Shown: piece by piece, positions 1 through 8,016 of the stretch
How the letters are laid out: each line of letters starts with the position of its first letter
How positions within the stretch are numbered: the stretch's first letter is position 1
DNA from: an uncultured Acidobacteriota bacterium
GTDB taxonomy: Bacteria; Acidobacteriota; UBA6911
DNA: 64,000 nt
Direction: 5' to 3'
Assembly: GCA_963843575.1 (NCBI GenBank)
Contig: CAWJKZ010000021.1
Span: forward strand, 64,001 to 128,000
Notes under the pieces: generated by a model
Database searches by the model: none
Told to the model about the DNA's origin: nothing
What the model saw: only the letters and a program-made list of their open reading frames with translations
Program-made: the position numbers and the translations under genes

Positions 1-82
1 CGAGTTCCCCTGGAAGACGTCTCCGGCGCTCCCGTTGAACCGATCGCTCTGAACCGCGACTTCCCGCGGGACTCCCGGTGCG

Positions 83-742
83 TCAGGAGGTCGTGACGAC
101 AAGCTTCCTGGGACGCGGCCGCCGTTTGACCCCGCTCCTCGGGACGTATCCGAACTGCGCCAAGGCCGCGGCCAGCTTCTTGCGCCCCCGGTGAAGCCGG
201 TTGACGACGTTCTGGTACGGCACCGGATGCAGCCGGGCGGCAATCTCCCCAGTTGGCATCCCCGCCAGGAGCAACTGCACCGCTTCGCGCTCACCGCAGG
301 TTAGACCGCCCAGGATGCCGGTGATCAGCGCTCGAAGTTCCGCGTGGTGCAGCCTCGACTCGGGCGTCTGTATTCCCGTCCCGAGGTTGGCGGCGCTCCG
401 CTCGTGGTGCGAGAAATCGTGCAGCGGGGCGGCGCGCCGCGCCTTTCGGTAGTAGTTGCCCACCTTGTTCCGAAGGATCCCCATGCTCCAGACCAGGAGC
501 CCCTTCTCGAGCTCGACACCCAGTCCTTTGGATGTCATGGTAAGAAAGGTCTCCTGGACGAGGTCCTCCGCATCTTCCGCGTTCGCCACCCTGAGCTCGC
601 TCAGCTTCTGCAGCACGACGCGGATGCGGCGCAGTTCGTCGTCCGGCCAATCCTGGAGTTTGGCACTCCTGCGGTAGCCCGCGGCAGCCGTTTCCCCGAT
701 GTGCAGCGCTTGTGATCCGACGACAATGTAGGAGTAATACAC
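83..742 (-). CDS. ECF-type RNA polymerase sigma-70 factor
   Basis: Region 2 motif DAEDLVQETFL...WSMGILRNKVGNYYR and region 4 HTH (EREAVQL...GMPTGEIAARL...VVNRLHRGRKKL). Start placed at GTG 742, 6-7 nt after GGAGG (ORF track starts at 757). Confidence 0.85.
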   Translation of the reverse strand: MYYSYIVVGSQALHIGETAAAGYRRSAKLQDWPDDELRRIRVVLQKLSELRVANAEDAEDLVQETFLTMTSKGLGVELEKGLLVWSMGILRNKVGNYYRKARRAAPLHDFSHHERSAANLGTGIQTPESRLHHAELRALITGILGGLTCGEREAVQLLLAGMPTGEIAARLHPVPYQNVVNRLHRGRKKLAAALAQFGYVPRSGVKRRPRPRKLVVTTS

Positions 743-1032
743 GTTCAGCCCCTCCAAACGAAGTTGTAGCGCGAGCCTTGGATGAGGGCTAACGTGGCGT
801 CCGAACAGGGCTCAATTGGTCAGCAGAGAGGAGCTGAGGGAGGGGTACCGTCAAGGTAGATCCGGACCGGCCGGGTGTCAAGAGCAATGTGGCTGCCTGC
901 CAGATCGGGGGGATCCGTTTACCTTCTACGGAGGGAGCCACACGGTGGACGGAGTCGCCGGAGAGGGAACGGAGGACGTGAGCAGCCTGCTGCACAAGCA
1001 GGGCCGCGGCGGGCCGCCGCGGCCCACTCCGG

Positions 1033-2662
1033 TTAGGCGTGCGTTTCATCCAACAGGCGGATGAGGGTCTGGTAGCGCGGGTTGCTGCGCACGGGGTCGA
1101 GGTTGCTGTCGTGCTCGAGCCAGCCCTTCTCGGTCAGGCCGCTGCGCACAGCCTTTTCGAGTGTCTCGATGGCCTCGCCGGTGGATCCCGCGAGCGCCTG
1201 GATGCAGGCCACGTTGTAGAGGACCATGGGCTCGTCGGGCTCCAGCGCGAGAGCCTGCCTGGCCCACTCGAGCCCCTTGTCGCATTCGCCGAGCGCGACA
1301 AGGCCGTTGGCCCCCATGTAGACGCGCGCGGACGTCGTCGGGATTCAGCCTGAGCCGGGCCTCGGCGAGCTCGACGCCGCGGCGGCGGGTGGCTTCGGCC
1401 TCCGCCGTGCGCCCAAGGTCGGCCAGGATCTGCGCCGACAGCAGGGGCGCCTGGTGGTCCTGGGGGCGGACCTCGCTCGCCTTGCGGTACAGGTCGATCG
1501 CCTTCTCCGGTTTCCCTTGTGCAAAGCTGAACCGGGCGTAGAAGTAGTAGGCTTCGAACAGGAGCGGGTCGAGCCGGATGGCGGTCTCGAAGAAACGCTC
1601 CGGCTCCTCGCGCAGCCCGTGCAGCGACAGGGCGAGCGCGCGCGACGCGTTGGCTTCCGCCGAGTCCGGGTCGCACTCGACGGCGCGCGCGCTGGCCTGC
1701 GCCGCCCGCTCGCGGTGCTCGTCGTGGCTCCCCGCGTACATGTAGAGGAACGAGCAGCAGTCCGCGATGCCGGCGTAGGCGCGGGCATACCCGGGGTCGA
1801 GCTCGATCGCCTGGGAGAACATGTGCAGCGCGAACTCCATCCCCCGGCTCGTGTATCTGTAGTAATACTGCCGGCCGCGCAGGTAGTAGTCGTAGGCCTC
1901 GACGTGGCTCGTCGGGATCCGCGCAATCGCGTCGCTCTCCTTCGGGCTGAGCGTCACCTTGAGCACGGCCGCGATGCTGAGCGAGATCTCGTTCTGGATC
2001 GCGAAAATGTCCTTGAGCTCGCGCGTGTAACGCTCCGACCAGAGGTGGCAGCCGTCCTCGACGCTGATCAGCTCGGCCGTGATGCGCAGCTGGCCGCCCG
2101 CCTTGCGCACGCTGCCGTCCAGGACCGCCGAGACCCCCAGCTTGCGGCCGACGGCGCGCACGTCCTCGGACTTCCCCTTGAAGGCGAACGAGGAGGTGCG
2201 GGCGGCCACCCGCAGGCCGCGGACGTGCGCCAGGTCGTTGATGATCTCCTCGGCGATGCCGTCGCAGAAGTACTCCTGGTCCTTCTCCACGCTCATGTCC
2301 GCGAAGGCCAGCACCGCCACGGACGGCCTGGCGCGGGGGCCGGGGTCGCGCTCCGCGACGGGCGCAATCAGCCGGTAGCCCTTGCGCGAGATCGTCTGGA
2401 TGAAACGCGGGTTCCGGGCGTCGTCGCCGAACGCCTTCCGGAGCTCCGCGATGGAATACGTCAGGATCCCGTCGCTGACGAACGTGTCGGGCCACACCGC
2501 GCGCAGGATCGTCTCCTTCGAGAGGACCTCGCCGGGAGAATCGGCCAGGCACTCAAGCACCTGGATGACCTTGGGCTCGACCGGGACCGCCACCCCCGCC
2601 CTGGAGATCCGGTTCAGGTCCGGCTCCACGCGCCACTCTCCGACCTGGAATGGTCTGCTCAT
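1033..2662 (-). pseudogene. Winged-helix (CadC/ToxR-type Trans_reg_C) regulator with TolB-N-like and TPR domains; +1 frameshift near 1325 (possibly a sequencing error)
   Basis: N-term EPKVIQVLECL...VWPDTFVSDGILTYSIAELRKAFGDD...IQTISRKGYRL; SVAVLAFADMS...QEYFCDGIAEEII; TPRs. The C-terminal TPR continues in the 1033..1317 frame (YMGANGL...VLYNVACIQAL). Reading cgc gcg c(g)tc tac atg restores DVRALYMG. Confidence 0.85.
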
Positions 2663-2820
2663 CGCTCCTCCTTCCGGATGCCGTGAACGACAATCCTGCC
2701 GCAGGCAAGCCGTATTGTGCGCCTCACAAATTCCTCGGGGAAACCTGCCCGCCGCCTCGCGGCGCCGTGCCGTCTAATAGAGCGAACGGCAACGATGTTC
2801 CCAGGAACCAGGAGGATGAT

Positions 2821-3249
2821 ATGAAACGGACTCTGATCGCAGCGCTGCTTCTGACCGGCCTCATTCTGGCCCCCGCGGCCGCCGCACCGGCCGCCTCCGC
2901 TGGCGGGATGCGCGTCGACGTCCCGTTCGCCTTTTACGCCGGCGGCTCGAAACTCCCCGCCGGGGAATACCTCATCGAGATGCGCTCGCTCGCCGGCCGC
3001 ACCACCGCCTCAACCATTGTTATACGTCAGCGGGACGGTTTGGGTTCGCGCATCCTGTTCGCGCTGCCCGGCGACCACGACGGGGCTGGCTCCCCCGATG
3101 GGCTCGTATTCCACCGGTATGCGGATTCCTATTTCCTGTCCGAAGTCCGTCACACCGGCCTGCAGTCGAGCCTGGCCGCGTCGAGCCTCGAAAAGGAAAT
3201 GGCCGTGGCGCAGGTGAATCGGCCAGTGTCGATCGCGGCGGTCCGGTGA
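2821..3249 (+). CDS. Small secreted protein of an acidobacterial family (VPFxF..G...LPAGEY motif)
   Basis: GGAGGA RBS before ATG 2821; signal peptide MKRTLIAALLLTGLILAPAAA; VDVPFAFYAGGSKLPAGEY...LVFHRYADSYFLSEV; paralog at 59047. Confidence 0.75.
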   Translation: MKRTLIAALLLTGLILAPAAAAPAASAGGMRVDVPFAFYAGGSKLPAGEYLIEMRSLAGRTTASTIVIRQRDGLGSRILFALPGDHDGAGSPDGLVFHRYADSYFLSEVRHTGLQSSLAASSLEKEMAVAQVNRPVSIAAVR

Positions 3250-3457
3250 ACCGGCCGCACCTCCTTCCCGGGAGCGCCTGAGGCAATCCTAGCAGAATCC
3301 TCGGCCAACCCTCGTGTTCGCGCGGGCGGCCGGCGGCGTCATAGGGATTGTACCGTCGTGGGCATTCTGTCCGCCGCCGCCCCGCAGCTCCGCGTCGCCG
3401 GGGGCGAGGGGCGCGGCCCCGATCCCGGGAGGACAACCGACAATCCGGAGACACGAG

Positions 3458-6400
3458 ATGAACTCAATGACGAAAGTAGGGACCGCGCTGGGGCTGATGA
3501 TGGTGCTGGTTGCCGCCGCCCCACTGGTCGCCCAGCGCCTGGACGGAACCATCGCCGGCACGGTCAAAGACCCGTCCGGCGCCGTGGTGCCGGGCGCTGC
3601 CGTGACCGTCACGAGCGACCAGACCGGGGCCACCCGCACAGTGGTGACTTCGGACGTAGGCAGCTATTCCGTCTCCAACCTGCTGGTGGGAACGTACACC
3701 GTCAGGATCGAGGCGGCGGGCTTCGCCGACTACAAGAGGACGTCGGTGCAGGTCCAGGCGGCGCAGGTGGTGGAGGTCAGCGCGGCCCTGGCGATGGCGC
3801 ACGCGTCGCAGACCATCCAGGTGCAGGCGGGCGCAGACCTCGTCCAGGCGCAGACGTCGCAGCTGACCAAGTCGTTCGACGACAAGATGGTGGCCGAGTT
3901 GCCGACGGTGAGCGGCCAGAACACGTCGGTGCTGAACCTCGCCATCTACCTTCCCAACACCACCACGGCGCTCGGCGGCACCTCCGGTTCCGGAGGGTCC
4001 GTCGGGGGGCTGCGCGGACGGCAGAACAGCTTCAGCGTCGACGGCGTGAACAACAACGACCCGTCGGTCACGACCGTCTCGCAGCAGGTGATCCCCGACG
4101 CCGTCCAGGAGTTCAGCCTGAGCACCAACCAATTCAGCGCGGAGTTCGGCACCGCCGCCGGCGGGCAGTTCAACGTCGTCACCAAGCGCGGCTCCAACGA
4201 GCTGCACGGCGGGGCCTGGCTCTACAACGTCAACCGTCACTACATGGCCAAGAGCAACCTGGCCGACCCCGCCGATCCGAGCCCGAGGTTCGACTTCAAC
4301 CGGGCCGGTGGGAGCCTCGGCGGCCCGCTCGTGCACAACCGCTGGTTCGTCTTCGGGGCCTTCGAGTATCAGACGCAGGGGCGGCAGGGGCTGGGCTCCA
4401 CGGCGACGCTGCCCACGCAGGCCGGCCTGCAGGCCATGAACAGCCTCGCGGCCAACGACGCCGTGCGCGGCATCCTCGCACAGTTCCCGACGGCGCCCTC
4501 CCAATCGGGAACCCTCGCGGCCGTCGTCGGCAGCACGACGGCCCAGATACCGATCGGGGAGGTCTCGCTCAGCGCCCCGGACTACGTCACCCAGTACGAC
4601 TACATCGTCAACACCGACCTCAACGCCGGCAGCCACTCGCTGCGCGGAGGGTACATCAACACCCGCCGCCGGCTGCCCCAGGCGCCGCCCGTTCCGCAGC
4701 TGCAGTTCTTCGGCTCGGTGGAGAACGACTACCAGAAGGTGACGCTCAGCGAGATCTGGGTCGCCAGCAGCACCGTGGTCAACGAGTTCCGCTCCTCCTA
4801 CTCCCGCTTCGTCAACGCCTCGCGCCTCGAGGGGACGGCGGCGGCCTTCCCGAACGTGGAGATCACCGGCGGCCTCGGTGTCCAGATCGGGGCCCCCAGC
4901 TACCTTCCCCAGGGCCGCACGATGAACCAGTACCAGGTCCAGGAGCAGGTCAGCAAGATGGCAGGCCGGCACTCCGTCAAGGCGGGAGCGGAGTACCGCT
5001 GGTATACCGGGACCAGCGATTTCCTGCAGAACTCCCGGGGCATTTATTATTACTCGAACCTCTCGAACCTGCTGATGGACCAGGTCCCCGCCAACGACCA
5101 GCTCCAGGGGATCGGGTCCGGGGCGGTGCCGCTCAACGCCGGCAACATCTCGCTGTTCGTCCAGGACGATTTCAAGGCGACGCCGCGCCTGACCGTCAAT
5201 GCCGGCCTCCGCTACGAGTTCTTCGGCAACCCGGCGGGCGCGCGCAACCAGGAGCGCAACGCCGTGGCCGACCTCCCCGGCTCCCCGCTCGTTTTCCACA
5301 CGCCCGCAACGGACCGGAACAACCTCGCGCCGCGCGCCGGTTTCGCCTGGGACATCTTCGGCACCGGCAAGTGGGCGCTGCGGGGTGGCGCCGGGATTGC
5401 CTACGACGTGGCCCCCTTCAACTTCCACATGAACGGCCAGCCGCCGCAGCAGCAGACCATCCTGAGGGCCTCGTCCGCCTGCGCCGGTCGATTCTCGGCG
5501 GCCCCGTCCTGGTGCGCCAGCTTTCTCGCCGACGGCGTGGGCGCGAATTTCCTCGCCGGCGGCGCCATGAAGCTCGCCTACCGTCCCCCGGCCGACCAGG
5601 CCACCGCACGGTCGATGACCAACCAGCTGATGGTCGACGCCCGCAACCCCAAGGTGTTCAGCTGGTCGCTCGGGCTGCAGCACGAACTCTTCAAGGACGC
5701 CACCCTCGAAGTCCTCTACCTGGGGACCCGCGGCCTGTTCCTGCCCGTGCAGATCCAGCTGAACTCGCAGACGGCGTTCGAGCGGGGCGCCCAGCCGCTT
5801 CCGACCTACTTCTCGACCTCGGAAATCCCTGCGACCGTTGCGGCGGGCTCCCCGACGCTGGCCCAGTTCCTGGCCGCGCGCGGGCGCCCATACGCTGCGC
5901 AGGGTTTTCCGAACGCGATCACGTCCATGCAGCCGGTCGGGGTGAGCGAATACCACGGCGGGGCCGTGGACCTGAACCGGCGGTTCGCCAGGGGACTGCT
6001 ATTCCGGGTCAACTACACGTGGGCGAAGGCGATGGACAACGGCACGAACGATTTGTTCACCTCCGTCGTCAACCCCCGGCGGCCCCAGAACCCGAACAAC
6101 CTGCGGGACGAGTGGTCGCGGTCCACTCTGGACATCCGGCACAAGGCGGCGCTGATGTGGACCTATGACCTGCCGCGACCGGAAACCGGCTCCCGCCTCG
6201 CCAGCGCCCTGCTGGGCGGCTGGCAGTGGAACGGCACCTACCTCTTCCAGTCCGGCCAGCCGATGACGATCCAGTCCGGCATCGATTCCAACGGCAACAG
6301 CGACAGCGCCGGCGACCGCGTCATCCTCAACCCCACCGGTTCCGGCCGGACGGGCACCGCCGTCCGGTTCGTCTGCCGCAACGCCGACGGCAGCAGCCGG

Positions 6401-6796
6401 GTCGCCGCGTCGGCCTCCGCCTGCGGCGGCAACGCCGCCGTCGTGGGCTACGTCGCGGCCAACCCGGGTGCGCGCTACGTCCAGGCCGGCCAGGGGGCCG
6501 TCGCCAACGTCGGCCGCAACACCGTCGACGCGGACCACTTCAACCTGTGGAACATGTCGCTGTTCCGCAAGGTCGGGCTCGGCGAGGGGCGCAGTCTCCA
6601 GTTCCGCTTCGAGGTCTTCAACGCCTTCAACGTGGGACAGTACTCGCTCGGCAATGCGGACGTCGCGCCCGTGCAGGTCAGCACCAACGCGACAAGCCCG
6701 TCCTACGCCAACGTCACCGCCGCGAATTTCCTCAACTCAAGGCAGTTCGACAGGCAGGGCCGTTCCTTGCAGCTCGGGCTCAGGCTCTCCTTCTAA
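3458..6796 (+). CDS. TonB-dependent receptor (Oar-like) with N-terminal carboxypeptidase regulatory-like domain
   Basis: Signal peptide; GTIAGTVKDPSGAVVPGAAVTV; plug NSFSVDGVNN...DAVQEFSLSTNQFSAEFG; FVQDDFKATPRLTVNAGLRYE; C-terminal LQLGLRLSF. Confidence 0.92.
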   Translation: MNSMTKVGTALGLMMVLVAAAPLVAQRLDGTIAGTVKDPSGAVVPGAAVTVTSDQTGATRTVVTSDVGSYSVSNLLVGTYTVRIEAAGFADYKRTSVQVQAAQVVEVSAALAMAHASQTIQVQAGADLVQAQTSQLTKSFDDKMVAELPTVSGQNTSVLNLAIYLPNTTTALGGTSGSGGSVGGLRGRQNSFSVDGVNNNDPSVTTVSQQVIPDAVQEFSLSTNQFSAEFGTAAGGQFNVVTKRGSNELHGGAWLYNVNRHYMAKSNLADPADPSPRFDFNRAGGSLGGPLVHNRWFVFGAFEYQTQGRQGLGSTATLPTQAGLQAMNSLAANDAVRGILAQFPTAPSQSGTLAAVVGSTTAQIPIGEVSLSAPDYVTQYDYIVNTDLNAGSHSLRGGYINTRRRLPQAPPVPQLQFFGSVENDYQKVTLSEIWVASSTVVNEFRSSYSRFVNASRLEGTAAAFPNVEITGGLGVQIGAPSYLPQGRTMNQYQVQEQVSKMAGRHSVKAGAEYRWYTGTSDFLQNSRGIYYYSNLSNLLMDQVPANDQLQGIGSGAVPLNAGNISLFVQDDFKATPRLTVNAGLRYEFFGNPAGARNQERNAVADLPGSPLVFHTPATDRNNLAPRAGFAWDIFGTGKWALRGGAGIAYDVAPFNFHMNGQPPQQQTILRASSACAGRFSAAPSWCASFLADGVGANFLAGGAMKLAYRPPADQATARSMTNQLMVDARNPKVFSWSLGLQHELFKDATLEVLYLGTRGLFLPVQIQLNSQTAFERGAQPLPTYFSTSEIPATVAAGSPTLAQFLAARGRPYAAQGFPNAITSMQPVGVSEYHGGAVDLNRRFARGLLFRVNYTWAKAMDNGTNDLFTSVVNPRRPQNPNNLRDEWSRSTLDIRHKAALMWTYDLPRPETGSRLASALLGGWQWNGTYLFQSGQPMTIQSGIDSNGNSDSAGDRVILNPTGSGRTGTAVRFVCRNADGSSRVAASASACGGNAAVVGYVAANPGARYVQAGQGAVANVGRNTVDADHFNLWNMSLFRKVGLGEGRSLQFRFEVFNAFNVGQYSLGNADVAPVQVSTNATSPSYANVTAANFLNSRQFDRQGRSLQLGLRLSF

Positions 6797-6807
6797 CCCT
6801 CCAGACT

Positions 6808-6848
6808 GCTTCGGGCGCCGGCCCTTTTCCGCCACCGGCGCCCGAAGC
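6808..6848 (+). terminator. GC-rich stem-loop after the TBDR stop (terminator or stability hairpin)
   Basis: 14-bp perfect stem gcttcgggcgccgg / ccggcgcccgaagc, 11 nt after TAA; no clear U-tract. Confidence 0.5.
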
Positions 6849-6855
6849 CCCTCCT

Positions 6856-6950
6856 CACCTTCTTCGAGGTCCTTCGAGAACCTGGAGTCTTCGAGGTGAG
6901 GCGTGAAACCCGCCTCGAAGACTCGAATGCCTCCAGGAATCTCGAAGGTG
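6856..6950. repeat. Imperfect long palindrome built from CTTCGAG/CTCGAAG units, between convergent genes
   Basis: cacctt...cttcgaga..cctggag tcttcgagg pairs with cctcgaagactc..ctccagg..tctcgaaggtg; related element at 59458-59538. Confidence 0.55.
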
Positions 6951-6955
6951 TGCCC

Positions 6956-7852
6956 TTATTTCCCCAACATCAATCCCGCACCAACCAGGACCGGTGTGAG
7001 CAGGTTGAGGACCACGTTCATGCCCATGAAGGGTATCAGGCGAGGGATGTCGGCGTTGAACTTCAGCGCCCCGCGCGCGGCCGCGGCGGCCAGCGGGAGG
7101 GTCGCCAGCCCCAGCAACGCGGGCGCGGGCAGGTAACCCGCCAGGACGCCCGCGGCGATCGAGACGTAGCACCCGGCCAGGAACAGCGCGTAGACGACCG
7201 CCCCGGTCTTCCTGCCGTAAACGATGATCAGGTGTTCCCGCCCGGAGACCCGGTCGGCCTCGACGTCGGGGAACTGGTTGAGCAGCAGCAGGTCGATCAC
7301 CAGGAAGAAAGGGACCAGCGAGGCGAAAACCCCGGTGAGAGAATACGACCCGGTCAACGCGAATTCCGTACCGGTGACCATGCAGGTGCCGAATCCGAGG
7401 CCCGGAGCCACGAGGCAGAACAGGGGAGTGCGGGTGAGCAGCGGCGTGTAGGCGACAACGACGGCAAGCCCGGCCAGGCCAGGCAGGAGCATCAGGGGCC
7501 CGCGCAGGACCAGGAAGTAGATCCCGATGGCGGCCACCGCCGCGGCCGATCCGATGCCGGCCGAGAGCGCCCACCACGCGAGGTCCGGCCGTGCCTGCAG
7601 GGTTCCCGACCCCCCGCTGAAGGGGGTGCGGTTCGTCCGCGCGTCCAGCCCGTTACGGAAATCGTGGTACTCGTTGAGCGAGTTCACCCCGATGTGGGCA
7701 AGGACGGCCCCGGCCAGGACGAACGCCGCCTGCAGGGTGTCGACCGCGCCCGTCTTCCAGTAGGCGACGCCCGCCCCCATAAACACGCAGCTGGGATTCA
7801 GCAGCAGGAACGGAACCCGCAGGGGCCCCGCCAGCGACTTGATCGAGGTCAT
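6956..7852 (-). CDS. menA: UbiA-family prenyltransferase, MenA-like (1,4-dihydroxy-2-naphthoate octaprenyltransferase)
   Basis: Asp-rich motifs NSLNEYHDFRNGLD and NQFPDVEADRVSGR; PFSGGSG; multiple TM helices; start at MTSIKS (7852). Confidence 0.8.
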   Translation of the reverse strand: MTSIKSLAGPLRVPFLLLNPSCVFMGAGVAYWKTGAVDTLQAAFVLAGAVLAHIGVNSLNEYHDFRNGLDARTNRTPFSGGSGTLQARPDLAWWALSAGIGSAAAVAAIGIYFLVLRGPLMLLPGLAGLAVVVAYTPLLTRTPLFCLVAPGLGFGTCMVTGTEFALTGSYSLTGVFASLVPFFLVIDLLLLNQFPDVEADRVSGREHLIIVYGRKTGAVVYALFLAGCYVSIAAGVLAGYLPAPALLGLATLPLAAAAARGALKFNADIPRLIPFMGMNVVLNLLTPVLVGAGLMLGK

Positions 7853-7898
7853 AGGGAAGCGATCATCGCACTTCGCAGGAACCGATGCAAAGGAAAGC

Positions 7899-7932
7899 CC
7901 TGGAGTGCGGCGCCTCGGCGCCACCCTCCAGG
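7899..7932. repeat. REP-like palindrome, TGGAGTGCGG family
   Basis: cctggagtgcggcgcctcggcgccaccctccagg; related copy on the - strand at 28911-28972. Confidence 0.5.
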
Positions 7933-8016
7933 ATCAACCGCACCGCAACCTCCATATCCCTAACCCCACTTGAAGGCTTTGGCCGGCGGCGCTTCCCGTG
8001 ATACGTTTCTCCTCTC

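Noticed and set aside
3358-6168. Long alternative-frame and antisense ORFs (e.g. 936 aa here, 35689..38226, 26497..28911, 47975..50389)
   Set aside because: Shadow ORFs of high-GC coding DNA: Arg/Pro/Gly-rich, no family motifs, fully overlapping well-supported genes.
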